Of a DNA stretch of 64,000 nucleotides, positions 10,901-20,126 are shown in pieces (the stretch's first letter is position 1; each line of letters starts with the position of its first letter). Made by a program: the position numbers and the translations under genes. The stretch is from an uncultured Alphaproteobacteria bacterium. Its GTDB lineage: Bacteria > Pseudomonadota > Alphaproteobacteria > Rhizobiales > Rhodomicrobiaceae. Under the pieces are notes generated by a model, which worked only from the letters and a program-made list of their open reading frames with translations, made no database searches and was not told the DNA's origin. The stretch lies in the NCBI GenBank assembly GCA_963760455.1, contig CAVXDM010000040.1:20015-84014 (forward strand). The letters are read 5' to 3'.

Positions 10901-11015
10901 AGAGAGCCTCGATGCTGAGATCGATCTCGACTTCGCGGCGCGCGGGCTATTCTGGCGGCTGCAGTGCCCGGTCAGGGAAGTCGTGGACGGCCGCCGCTCC
11001 CTCGCCGCCGAATGA
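7947..11015 (+). CDS. Membrane-anchored multi-PAS sensor histidine kinase with a HWE/HisKA_2 kinase core.
   Basis: Intact 1022-aa ORF with about 8 N-terminal TM helices, PAS/PAC segments and the H-box HRAKNMLAVVQSIARQT typical of HWE kinases. Confidence 0.85.
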   Translation: MAPGADSPSVPVLAMDEGIEWRGFGPHRFAGLPLPVLFVAAIGLWFRDIQAPHEPLGLLIALNLLLATLPAMVIAYLFARTFLITGAPGMALFGCGALIWSVSGIYPLAASLAPGSGFNLNAFVTVHIVSVWGASLCFLAGGVLFQQRHRALLHPERALASAYALAVAVAAFMVFMALKEWTPVFFIEGKGGSDDRRFVLGSAIFTILLTLSLLRGGSPRRTPFLDWFVLAQLLLVIGYASLMLQSNFGGGLSWVCRAAQFLGGGYMLAAAYAAFRDANAPFGVLGPSQDNAPRHYSIAVALVLAAAVLRLVFLQALETHASLIAFYPAVMLAAFSGGLRAGTLATFLSAALAGFFRMEPDGSFVVEYPPDWLALAVFVIVSLLISWIVERLQQAQSRLHRAEVERRAELERMVTKRTAELSLAKDEAERANHAKSHLFRELQAVYDYAPIGLCVIDAQMRWRRINAVLAEINGFPPEAHAGRRVREMLPNIAGAIEPVLRRVIETGEPSLGIEVIGETPARPGAIRAWQLDCWPMCDETGTVASLNVVVQEVTKEREAARALAASEERFRTLFETMSEGFAINEIVCDEAGKPSDFRYLSVNPAFERHTGLKPADIIGRTARELFPDAEQMWFERYGKVALTGEPAHFEGQFGPLGRWFEVRVYQTQPGRFAVVFFDITARKRAEVALRESQQRQEGLIQSAMDAIIAVDASQRIVLFNPAAERMFGCPAGEALGDSLDRFIPERFRQAHRDHVRVFGATGATSHKLGSPRLVWGLHQNGEDFSIEASISRQDAGGERLCTVILRDITERKRHEEHAQLLMREVNHRAKNMLAVVQSIARQTAATKPEDFIGRFGERIQALSKSQDLLVQTEWKGVDIVALVHSQLAHFKELIGTRISLKGPSLLISAAAAQTIGMALHELCTNASKFGALSNGDGRVEVSWSLECAGNEEEGFEMSWREDGGPAVTAPAKSGFGSIVIQRLAKESLDAEIDLDFAARGLFWRLQCPVREVVDGRRSLAAE

Positions 11016-11061
11016 TCGTTGCCTGACCTCAGCATTCGATCGCCAGACAATGCGGAAAAGC

Positions 11062-12063
11062 TTAGACCGGCTGGATGCGCAGCTTGCCCTTCTGCCCGCC
11101 AAGCGTCTTCGCCAAGAGCCGCGCGCAGGCGTAGATCGTATCGAGGTGCGGCGTCGGCGTCTCCGTGAGCCGCGCCAGCTCGATCACCGAGCCAACCAGC
11201 GCCTCAAGCTCCAGCGCCCGGCCTGCCTCGACATCCTGCAGCATCGAAGTCTTGTGCGCGCCGACGGCTTCCGCGCCCGCGATGCGCTTATCGATGCTGA
11301 CCCGGCTTCTCGCGCCAACCTTCTCCGCGATTGCCTGCGCCTCGGTCATCACGGCGTGGGCCAGCGCGCGCGTCTCCGGGAACTGGCAGATGTCCACCAG
11401 CGTCGCGTGGGTCAGCGCGCTGATCGGATTGAACGTCGCGTTGCCCCAGAGCTTGAGCCAGATTTCGGTGCGGATATCGGGGCTGATGGGGGCCTTGAAG
11501 CCGGCCTTGATGAGCGCATCGGAGAGCTGCCGCACGCGCTCCGATTTCGAGCCATCGGGCTCGCCAATGGTAAAGCGGTTGCCCTCGACCACCTTGACCA
11601 CGCCCGGCGCGATCAGCTCGGAGGCCGGATAGACCACGGCGCCGATGACGCGCTCCGCGCCGATATTGGCGGCAACCTGGCCGTCCGGGTCCGCCGCTGC
11701 CACGGGCCGGCCTTCGAACGGGCCGCTAAGCTTATGAAAATACCACCAGGGCAGGCCGTTCTGGAACGTGACCACGGCGGTATTGGCGTGGAACAGGCGC
11801 GGCAAGTCTTTCGCGACCGGCGTCACCTGGTGGGCCTTGAGTGCCAGCAGCACGAAATCGTGGGGGCCTGCCTCGCCGATGGCAGCGGCGGCGCAGGCAA
11901 CGTTGCGCTCGGTGCCGTCCTCCTCGATGAGCGTGAAGCCGTTCCGCCGGATCGCCTCAAGGTTGGCGCCCCGCGCGATGAACGTAACCTCCTCGCCCGC
12001 CAGCGCCAGCCGCGCCCCAAGCAGGCCGCCAATCGCGCCCGCCCCGACAACCGCGAAACTCAT
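11062..12063 (-). CDS. panE: 2-dehydropantoate 2-reductase (ketopantoate reductase).
   Basis: Intact 333-aa ORF with MSFAVVGAGAIGG Rossmann N-terminus and ApbA/PanE family architecture. Confidence 0.8.
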   Translation of the reverse strand: MSFAVVGAGAIGGLLGARLALAGEEVTFIARGANLEAIRRNGFTLIEEDGTERNVACAAAAIGEAGPHDFVLLALKAHQVTPVAKDLPRLFHANTAVVTFQNGLPWWYFHKLSGPFEGRPVAAADPDGQVAANIGAERVIGAVVYPASELIAPGVVKVVEGNRFTIGEPDGSKSERVRQLSDALIKAGFKAPISPDIRTEIWLKLWGNATFNPISALTHATLVDICQFPETRALAHAVMTEAQAIAEKVGARSRVSIDKRIAGAEAVGAHKTSMLQDVEAGRALELEALVGSVIELARLTETPTPHLDTIYACARLLAKTLGGQKGKLRIQPV

Positions 12064-12183
12064 GCTGTTCTCCCTGTGCCTTTTGCAAGTATCGTAGGCC
12101 GCAACCGCGCCTCGCGCGCAAGCGATTTGAGAGGCCAGCGCTAGCAGGCGTGGCTTGCTCCGGCTTTACGAAGCTCAAGAGGA

Positions 12184-13730
12184 ATGGGAATGGGAATGCG
12201 GAAGCATATACTTTTGCGTGAACTTTTGGCGTTTGGGGCGGACGATGCGGTAGCGCTTGCCGCGCCATCGGCCAAGCCGATGACTTACGCGGGATTGCGC
12301 GAGCTGGTCCGTGAAACTGGTGGCGCACTGCGTACTTTGGGCGCCGGCAGCCAGGACCGCGTGGCCATTGTGCTTCCGAACGGTCCCGAAATGGCCGCGG
12401 CATTCCTGAGCGTGGCCGCAAATGCCGCCTCCGCGCCGCTCAACCCCAACTACAAGGCCGATGAGTTCGAGTTCTATCTGTCCGACCTCGGCGCGAAGCT
12501 CCTGATTGTGGAGAAGGGCAGCACCTCGCCTGCCATCGAGGTGGCGAAAAAGCTTGGCGTCAAGATCGTCACGCTGACGCCTGAGCCGGAGCGCGGCGCA
12601 GGCAGCTTCACGCTGACCGGGGAGCCAGAGGCCCAGCCCGCCGGCGCAAGGTGAGGCCGGCCGCTGAGGATGTTGCGCTGGTGCTGCATACCTCGGGCAC
12701 CACGTCGCGCCCCAAGATCGTGCCGCTAAGCCAAAAGAACCTCTGTGCCTCGGGTTGGAACATCGCCCAGACGCTGAAGCTCACGCCCGCCGACCGCTGC
12801 CTCTCCGTCATGCCGCTGTTCCACATTCACGGGCTGATCGCGACGGTGCTCGCCTCCGTGGCGGCCGGCGGAGCTGCGTTCTGCACGCCGGGCTTCAACG
12901 CCTTCAATTTCTTCAACTGGCTCGCCGAGGCCAAGCCCACCTGGTACAGCGCGGTGCCGACCATGCACCAGACGATCCTCTCCCGCGCGGGCAAGAACGA
13001 GGCGGCGATCCGCGCCAACCCTCTCCGTTTCATCCGCTCCTCGTCTGCGTCGCTGCCGCGCCAGGTGCTGAGCGAGCTCGAAAGCGTGTTCAACGCGCCC
13101 GTCATCGAATCCTACGGCATGACCGAGGCTTGCCACCAGATGGCGAGCAACCTCCTGCCGCCCGGCCAGCGCAAGCCTGGAAAAGTCGGCGTCGCGGCCG
13201 GCCCCGAGTTGGGCATCATGGACGAGGCGGGCGAACTGCTGCCGCCCGGCGCCACGGGCGAGGTGGTCATCCGCGGCGATAACGTCACGGCGGGCTACGA
13301 GAACAACCCCAAGGCCAATGCCGAGGCCTTCGCCCATGGCTGGTTCCACACCGGCGACCAGGGCGTGCTCGACGAGGACGGCTACCTCACCATCACCGGC
13401 CGCCTCAAGGAGATCATCAACCGGGGCGGCGAGAAGGTGTCGCCGGCCGAGGTGGACGACGTGCTGATGGATCACCCGGCGGTGCGGCAGGCGCTCACCT
13501 TCGCGGTGCCGCATGCGAAGCTCGGCGAGGAGGTTGCGGCGGCCGTGGTCTTGCGCGAGGGCGCCTCCGTCACCGAGCGCGCGCTCCGCGATTTCGCCGC
13601 CACGCGCCTCGCGGACTTCAAGGTGCCGCGCAAGGTGATCTTCCTCCCCGAAATCCCTAAGGGCGCCACCGGCAAGCTACAGCGCATCGGCCTCGCCCAA
13701 AAGCTCGGGCTGGCCGGCGAAGACGCCTGA
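12184..13730 (+). CDS. AMP-dependent acyl-CoA synthetase (AAE3/oxalate- or malonate-CoA ligase-like). One frame break near 12650.
   Basis: AMP-binding box [11 protein letters not shown], then [11 protein letters not shown], ...GYGMTE and the C-terminal KVPRKV...GKLQR. The N-terminus is in the 12184 frame and the rest in the 12651 frame. Confidence 0.8.
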
Positions 13731-13937
13731 CGGGGCAGGCCCAAAAGAAAAAAGCTTACCTATAAGATTAATCCGCAGCAATGACGGGGACAGGTGACAT
13801 TTTGTTAATGTCATCCCCAGATTTGTATGCACGTTTTCCCCAGTGGACGCCTCACGCGCGTATAGTTTCTGCGCCCGCCCTTCAACGGCCCGTCCGCCGT
13901 GAACGCCGGGCGCAACGCCGTCGCGCGGAGGAGGCGA

Positions 13938-14279
13938 ATGCATATCCTGGTCCTGGAGGACGAGCCGCTGATCGCGGTGGATATCGCCGCGACCATCGCT
14001 GACGCCGGCTGGGACGTGGCCGGCCCGGTAGGCTCGATCCCAAAAGCGTTGCGACTGATAGATGAGAAGCGCTGCGAGGCCGCCATCCTGGATGCGAACC
14101 TTGGGGGCACAAGCGCGGCACCAGTTGCCGAGAGGTTGCTGGCGTGCGGCATCCCTTTCATTGTCTTGTCGGGATACAGCGACGAGCAGTTGCCGAGCCC
14201 GCTTTCAGGCGCGCCATTCCTCGCAAAGCCCTACGACCCGGACGATCTCGTCGCCCTTGTGCGCAGCCTTCGCAGGTAG
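13938..14279 (+). CDS. Single-domain response regulator (CheY-like receiver).
   Basis: MHILVLEDEPLIAVDIA...ILDANLGG...PFIVLSGY is the receiver-domain signature. There is no output domain. Confidence 0.75.
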   Translation: MHILVLEDEPLIAVDIAATIADAGWDVAGPVGSIPKALRLIDEKRCEAAILDANLGGTSAAPVAERLLACGIPFIVLSGYSDEQLPSPLSGAPFLAKPYDPDDLVALVRSLRR

Positions 14280-14377
14280 CGGTTAACAGCGTCCCCATCA
14301 GCCGCTTTGAGCGGCTCACACATAAGATCCCCGGCTTTGCCAGGGCACATTTGCTTTTCTCTAAGTTCTGGTTGCGG

Positions 14378-15946
14378 TCAATCCAGCCTCGGGTAATTCG
14401 CGATGTGCCGGATGCTCTGGTAGAGCCGCGCCAGCCGGGGGTACATGCGCACGTACACCTCGGAATAGAGGCGTGTGTAAAGCTCCTTGTTTCCGGCCCG
14501 CGGCATAAAAATGCGCCCCGGCCGGCTCATCCGCGCCTGCGCCTCTGCATGGTCTGCGTGGAGCCCCGCGCCAACGGCGGCATTCATGGCGGCGCCCAGG
14601 CCAGAGGTCTCGAACGTATGCGGCCGCTCGGCGGGAATGCCGAAGATATCGGCGGTTACCTGCATGACGCCGTCGCTCTGCGAGCCGCCGCCCGCGACCT
14701 TCAGCCGTTCGATCTTCACGCCATTGCGCCGCGAAAGCCGCGCCGCCGCCTCGCGCAGCGCATAGGCGATGCCTTCGACGATGGCGCGGTACATATGCGC
14801 CCGGTTGTGCACGTCGCCGAAGCCGATCATCGCGCCCTTGGCCTCCGGCCCTGGAATCCGCACGCCCGGATTCCAGAACGGCTGCAGGATAAGGCCCATA
14901 TTGCCGGGCGGCGTTGATTCCAGCATCTTCTCGAACAGCACTTCCGGCGCGATGCCCTGCTCCTCGGCCTCGATCACCTCGTGCGCGGCGAACTGCTCCT
15001 TGAACCAGTTGACCATCCAGTAGCCGCGCTGGACCATGATTTCGCTGTTATAGCGGCCCGGGCGCCGCGGCAGGGTAGGGCGGCAGGAACGGGATCGGCT
15101 CGACATAGCGATCGTTGCAAGTGTTGATCGTCGCCGTCGTGCCGTAGCTCAAGACCGCGAGTTCTGGCGTCCACGCGCCTGCAGCCAGCACCTCGCAGGC
15201 CTTATCCGCGCCCGACGCATAGACCGGCAGCCCCTCGGGAATGCCCGTATCGCTGGCCGCCTCAGCGGTAATACGGCCAATCGATTGGCCGGCTGGGACC
15301 AGTTCCGGCAGCACCTCGCGTTTCACACAGAAGAGCTTCCATGTGAGATCGCGCGGTCCCGCCCATTGCTGCCGTTTGCCGTCGAAAGGAACGTACCCTA
15401 CTTGGACGCCACAGCGTCGCGCAATTGCCCGGTCAGCCTGAGATGGAAATACCCCGAAAGAAACAGGAAGTGCCGCGTCCTGGCCCACAGCGCGGCGTCA
15501 TCGGCGGCGAGCCAATTGCATTCGGCGCGGGACTGGAAGTAGTGGATGGCCCGGCGCTGGCCAGCCGCGCGCAGGCCGGCTTCGAGCCACAACGGCAGAG
15601 CCGGATATTGGCTGGTGCGGCGCTGGTCGAGCCAGCTTACAGCCGGGCGCAGGGGCTTGCGGTTTTCGTCGAGGCACACCGTGACGGAGCGCTGCGTGGT
15701 GACGGACATGCCGGCGATGCGCGGCTTGTACTCCGGGTGCGTCCGCCAGAGGCCCTGGCAGGCTTCGCAGAGATTGGTCCAATAGTAGCCGCAATCCTGC
15801 TCGGCCCAGCCCGGCGCCCGCGAGAAATAGGGCTGGATATGCACCTGCGACTTGGCGAGAAGCTCGCCCCCGGCATCGAAAATCATCGCCCGGACGCTTT
15901 GCGTCCCCTGATCGATGGCCAGGAGGAGGTCTTTGCTTTCCCTCAC
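14378..15946 (-). CDS. FGGY-family carbohydrate kinase (glycerol/xylulose kinase-like). Two frame breaks.
   Basis: LLAIDQGTQSVRAMIFD (N-terminal FGGY domain), ...VLSYGTTATINT, and ...KVAGGGSQSDGVMQVTADIFGIPAERP (C-terminal FGGY domain), distributed over three overlapping ORFs. Confidence 0.75.
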
Positions 15947-17444
15947 GGCGTTCCCGTTCCCCCCGGCGCCCGATAGCTTTCCGCTACGATTTTCAGATAG
16001 CGCTCCATCTCAGCATGCCAGCGCGGCTCGTCCCAGCCAAGACGGCTTTGGCATAAGCCCTCGATCCGAGGTAGCACCTCTTGAGCGCCGGCGGGCATCG
16101 TGTTGCCGAGGCTCACGCGGCGCAGCAGGAGGTCGTCCAGGTGCACGACCATCTCATTGCCGAGCACCCACTCGATCGTATCGAGGAGCGCCTGGCCCTT
16201 CGGCAACGGCAATGCCGGGTGGCCAAGCCCGTGCGGGAAGGTGAGCTTCTGCCGGAACAGCGGCCCCGCTGCGTGCTTGCGGCTTTCAGTTCCGCCTCGC
16301 CGATCAGCCCCGCGGCGTGCAGGGCGTCGAGCGCGATGAGCCGGAAGGTGGTGAGCTTGCCGCCGGCCACGCAAACCATGCCATCGCGATGCCAGATCGA
16401 ATGCTCGCGGCTTTCCTGCGACGGGTTCAAGCCCTTGCCCGAGGCGATCACCGGCCTGACACCCGCCATGGCCGACACCACATCGGCGGAGGTAATCCCA
16501 GCGCGACGGAAACACATGGCGGATCAGCTCCAGAGAGGTAATCCAATTCCTCCTGGGTGCAGCGCGGCTCCTCCGAGAGCGGCTCGTTGTGATCGAGATC
16601 GGTCGTTCCAACGACGGTCATCCCCGCCCATGGGAAAATGAAGACGGGGCGCTTGTCCCTTGGGTGCAGGGCGGTGATGCAATCGTCGGTAGGCAGGCGG
16701 CCGCGCTCGAAGAACAGGTGGCTGCCGCGCAACGGCCGGATTTTGCGCGGGCTCGCCCGAGAGCGGCTTCGGCCCATGCGCCCGCCGCGTCGATGACCGT
16801 GGCCGCTTCGAATACGGCCTGCCTGCCGCTTACTTCGTCGCGCACCTGGAGCGAGAACCGCGCGCCGGAGGCCCGCACGCTTTCCACCCGCATGTAATTG
16901 GCAAGCCGCCCGCCATCGGCCGCGGCCTCGTGCAGGATGCGAAAAACCAGCCGCGCGTCGTCGGTCAGCGCGTCGGTGTAAATCATCGCGCCGCGCAGGC
17001 GATCCGGCGAGAGGCCGGGCAGGCGCTCAAGCAGCTCCTTGCGGCCGATCCAGCGGTGATCCCTGATGCCGGCCAGAAAGTCGTAGAGCCACAGCACCGC
17101 CGTCAAGGGCCAGCGGCCAGGGAACTCTCCCTGGCGCACCAGGAAGGCATAAGTCTGCCGGATCACCAGGCCCGGCAGCTCGCGGATCATGCGCTCCCGC
17201 TCCCGCAGCGCGTCGCGCGTCAGGCGGAAATCCCCTTGCGCGATATAGCGCAAGCCGCCATGCACCATTTTCGACGAGCGGCTCGACGTTCCCCAGGCGA
17301 AATCCTTCTGCTCCAGCAGCAGCGCCTTCCGCCCTCGCCGCGCGGCTTCGAGCAGGACGCCAGCACCCGTGATGCCGCCGCCGATGACGATCACGTCCCA
17401 GCGCGTGGCCGCAAGCTCCTCGATATCGGGCCGTTCGCCGAACA
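15943..17444 (-). CDS. glpD: FAD-dependent glycerol-3-phosphate dehydrogenase GlpD. About three frame breaks.
   Basis: MFGERPDIEELAATRWDVIVIGGGITGAGV...MVHGGLRY is the GlpD N-terminus (RBS GGAGGAA). Pieces continue in ORFs 16448..16777, 16113..16517 and 15943..16611. Confidence 0.8.
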
Positions 17445-17446
17445 TT

Positions 17447-19169
17447 CTATTCCTCCAGCAGACAGCCTGGGTTGAGCCGCCCATCGGGGTCGAAATAGCC
17501 CGTGAGCGCCCTGAGCGCCCCCATGCCTTGCTCGCCCTTCTCGTATTTGAGCCACGGCGCGTGATCGCGGCCCACGCCGTGCTGATGGCTGATCGTGCCG
17601 CCCATTTTGACGATGGCTTCGGATGCTGCCGTCTTGCAGGCGCGCCAGCGTTCGAGCGTGCCCTCGTAGCTGGCGGCATTCTTGAAAACGTAGGTTGTGT
17701 AGATGCTGCAGCCTTGGGCGTACATGTGCGAGAGGTGCGAAAAGACGAGCACCGGCTCGGCGCCGCTGGCGGTCCGGATCGCCTGCTCCATGGCCTGCAT
17801 GGTGGCCGTGACCTTGCTCCAGTTGATGGACGTTTCGAGCGTGTCGACGGAATAGCCGTGCTCCCAGAGCCCGTTGCGCAGGTAGGGCGCGCGGAAGCGG
17901 GAATGCTCCCAAAGCCTGCCCAGGACCCGGTGGCCAAGCGAGGCGCCGCCGGCCCGCCGCAAGGCGCGCCACACTTCGCCGAGCGCGAAGGCCGCTTGCC
18001 GTTTGCTTCCTGTCGCGCCGAACGTGACCATGCAGCGTTCGCCATCCTTGCAGCCGAAAAGCGCAAGGCCACGGTCGAGGAGGGCCGCCCCCCGGCTGAT
18101 CGCCGGCCAGCGCCAGTTGCGTGGCGGTCTCCACCGGGTTCGACAGGCGCAGCATGGATAGCTGCACCTTGGCCTGCGCAAGTTGCCTGACCAGGTTCAG
18201 CGCCTGCCTCCCAGTTGGGCACGAAGGCGGCATGAAACAACTCGCGCTCCGGCAGCGGCGTGACCCGGAGCTTGACCTCCGTGATGGCGCCGATCCGCCC
18301 TTCGCTGCCGAGAATCAACTCGCGCAAGTCAGGCCCGGCAGCCGAAGCCGGCACATCGGGTATGGTCATCGTGCCGTGCGGCGTCTCGATGCGCGCGCCC
18401 GCGAACATCTGCTCGATGCGCCCGTAGCGCAGCGATTGCTGGCCGGAGGAGCGGGTGGCGACCCAGCCGCCGACGGTGGATAGCTCAAAGGATTGCGGAA
18501 AATGGCCAAGCGTGTAGCCGTTTTCCTTGAGCTGCCGCTCAAGCGCCGGGCCGGGAGTGCCCGCGCCGAAGGTTGCGATTTGGCTTTGCCGGTCCAGCGC
18601 CAGCAGGCGGTTCATCCGTTCCAGGGAGAGGGTCAGCACCGGCTCCGGCAGGCGGGAACGTTGACGTGGCCAGCCACGGAGGTTCCGCCGCCATAAAGAA
18701 TGACGGCGAAGCGCTGGCCCAAAGCCCATTGCAGCACCTCGCGCACTTCCTCGCTGGTGGCCGGCAGCGCCACGCCGTCCGGAAAACGGCCGAAATCGCC
18801 GGAACGCATGGCCAGCCAATCGGGAAAGCTCTGCCCCCGGGCGTGGCGGATGCGCGTTTCCGCGCCTGTCGATACGAGCGGATGGGGAGGCAGCCGCGAT
18901 TCGGGCACCTGTGCGATGACCGAAGCCAGGCTGGCATCGGGCAGAATCGCGCCCGGCCCGTTCAAGAGCTGGTTGAGAAACGCCAGCGCCTTGGGCTTCA
19001 GCGGGAAGTCAGTTTCCTCCCCGCCCCAGCCATTCCACCGGCGCCGGCCGCCCCTCAAGTCCCAATCCAATGCTCGCCGTCCCCGAAAATGGCCGCGCCC
19101 GCGAAATTCATAGCACGCCGCCGCATGTTTGTCCTTCGCCGGGAAGCCGGCAGGCGGTCTGTCCGCCAA
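17447..19169 (-). CDS. FAD-linked oxidase, alkyl-dihydroxyacetonephosphate-synthase-like (FAD-binding-4 domain plus C-terminal FAD-oxidase domain). Two frame breaks.
   Basis: ...RWNGWG...VILYGGGTSVAGHVNVP, ...STVGGWVATRSSGQQSLRYGRIEQM, and a C-terminus with HQHGVGRDHAPWL. Its stop overlaps the glpD start. Confidence 0.7.
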
Positions 19170-19442
19170 TCGTTGGCCGTTCCCGCACGAACTTTTGATC
19201 GGAATGAAAATGCAGCACGCGGAAAAAAAATATTTGGCGGTTGTGGACGGCGAGGTGCCGGGTTGCAGGCCCGAAACGCAGCGAAGTCTTTGTTTTCAAC
19301 GAGCTGGCCGATGCCGCAAAAGTGAATGTTCGATACAATTCAGTTTTAGGTAATTCCAGGCGACGCTCTGTTCAACGCACAGGAAACGTGTTAAGCGTTT
19401 TACTCTTGAAACTCATGGGGGGGAAGAAGGAGGAGTCGATAT

Positions 19443-19857
19443 ATGTCGCAGATTAAGCGTGCTTCCAAAGGGAAGAGATCGAATAGGGCCTTGACCGCTC
19501 TAAGTGTTGCGGGCGTGTCGCTGGCCGCAACGGCCGCCAGCTCGGCCGCAGTGTTGAGCCCGGTGACTGTACCGGCTATGCCTTTGGGCGAGGAGGAGAT
19601 CTCCGGCGTCACCTTGGCGACATTCCACCTCCTGGACCAGGAAAAGGCCGGAGCGAAAGACGATTTGCTGCAACTGACCGGATGCCGCGGATGCGGTGGC
19701 ATGGCTGCGAGGCTGCAGAGGTGGCTGCGGCGGTGGCGGCAGAGGTTGCGGTGGCCATGGTTGCCGCGGTGGCTGGGGCGGTTGCGGCGGTTGCGGCGGT
19801 TGCGGCTGCGGTGGCGGCTGGTGTCTGTCGTGGGGCGGTTGCAGGCCCTGGTGCTAA
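19443..19857 (+). CDS. Putative TOMM/LAP precursor peptide. The leader is in frame 0 (19443-~19704). The Gly/Cys-rich core is in the +1 frame (~19702-19857, ...GCRGGCGGGGRGCGGHGCRGGWGGCGGCGGCGCGGGWCLSWGGCRPWC*).
   Basis: Strong RBS AGGAGGAG 8 nt before the ATG at 19443. An AT-rich promoter region lies upstream. The gene is directly upstream of the YcaO gene. The +1 frame has a stop at 19675-19677 and no start of its own, so the core must be reached by a frame change. Confidence 0.55.
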
Positions 19858-20126
19858 GCAGGCGCGCCTTTTTGGTTGCCTGACAGGCGCGTATCGCTAT
19901 GGCCGGGCTGGCATGACTGGTCCGGTCAAAGCGTTTTCTGCGGGCGGCGAGTGTGGCCGCTCAGCGCGATAGGACGCCTCAAGCCGCATCGGGAACGGTG
20001 CGGCATGCGTCGCTTGACGCAAACGGGAAGTGCTTGAGCGGAAAACAAATTCAAGATAAATTGCGATGTTCTGGCGGCCGGGGTATACGCCTTCAATTGG
20101 CGCCGGAAGGAGCTTTGACCGGCCTC

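Noticed and set aside
16618-18819. 733-aa ORF, apparently a fusion of FAD-oxidase and GlpD.
   Set aside because: The same artefact. The ORF chains the oxidase N-terminal frame segment to the GlpD N-terminus across about 900 nt of out-of-frame Ala/Arg/Pro/Ser sequence.
19700-19830. Tandem (GGC GGT TGC)-like nucleotide repeats, considered as a possible CRISPR or VNTR.
   Set aside because: The periodicity is 3 nt and it encodes the Gly/Cys-rich RiPP core. There are no spacers and no direct repeats of 20 nt or longer. No CRISPR array or cas genes occur anywhere in the window.
19700-19883. The frame-0 continuation of the precursor (RLQRWLRRWRQRLRWPWLPRWLGRLRRL...), considered as a cationic antimicrobial peptide.
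   Set aside because: This frame lacks Cys/Ser/Thr for the adjacent heterocyclase. It is the expected alternate-frame reading of GC-rich GGC/TGC codon repeats. The +1 frame gives a textbook TOMM core.
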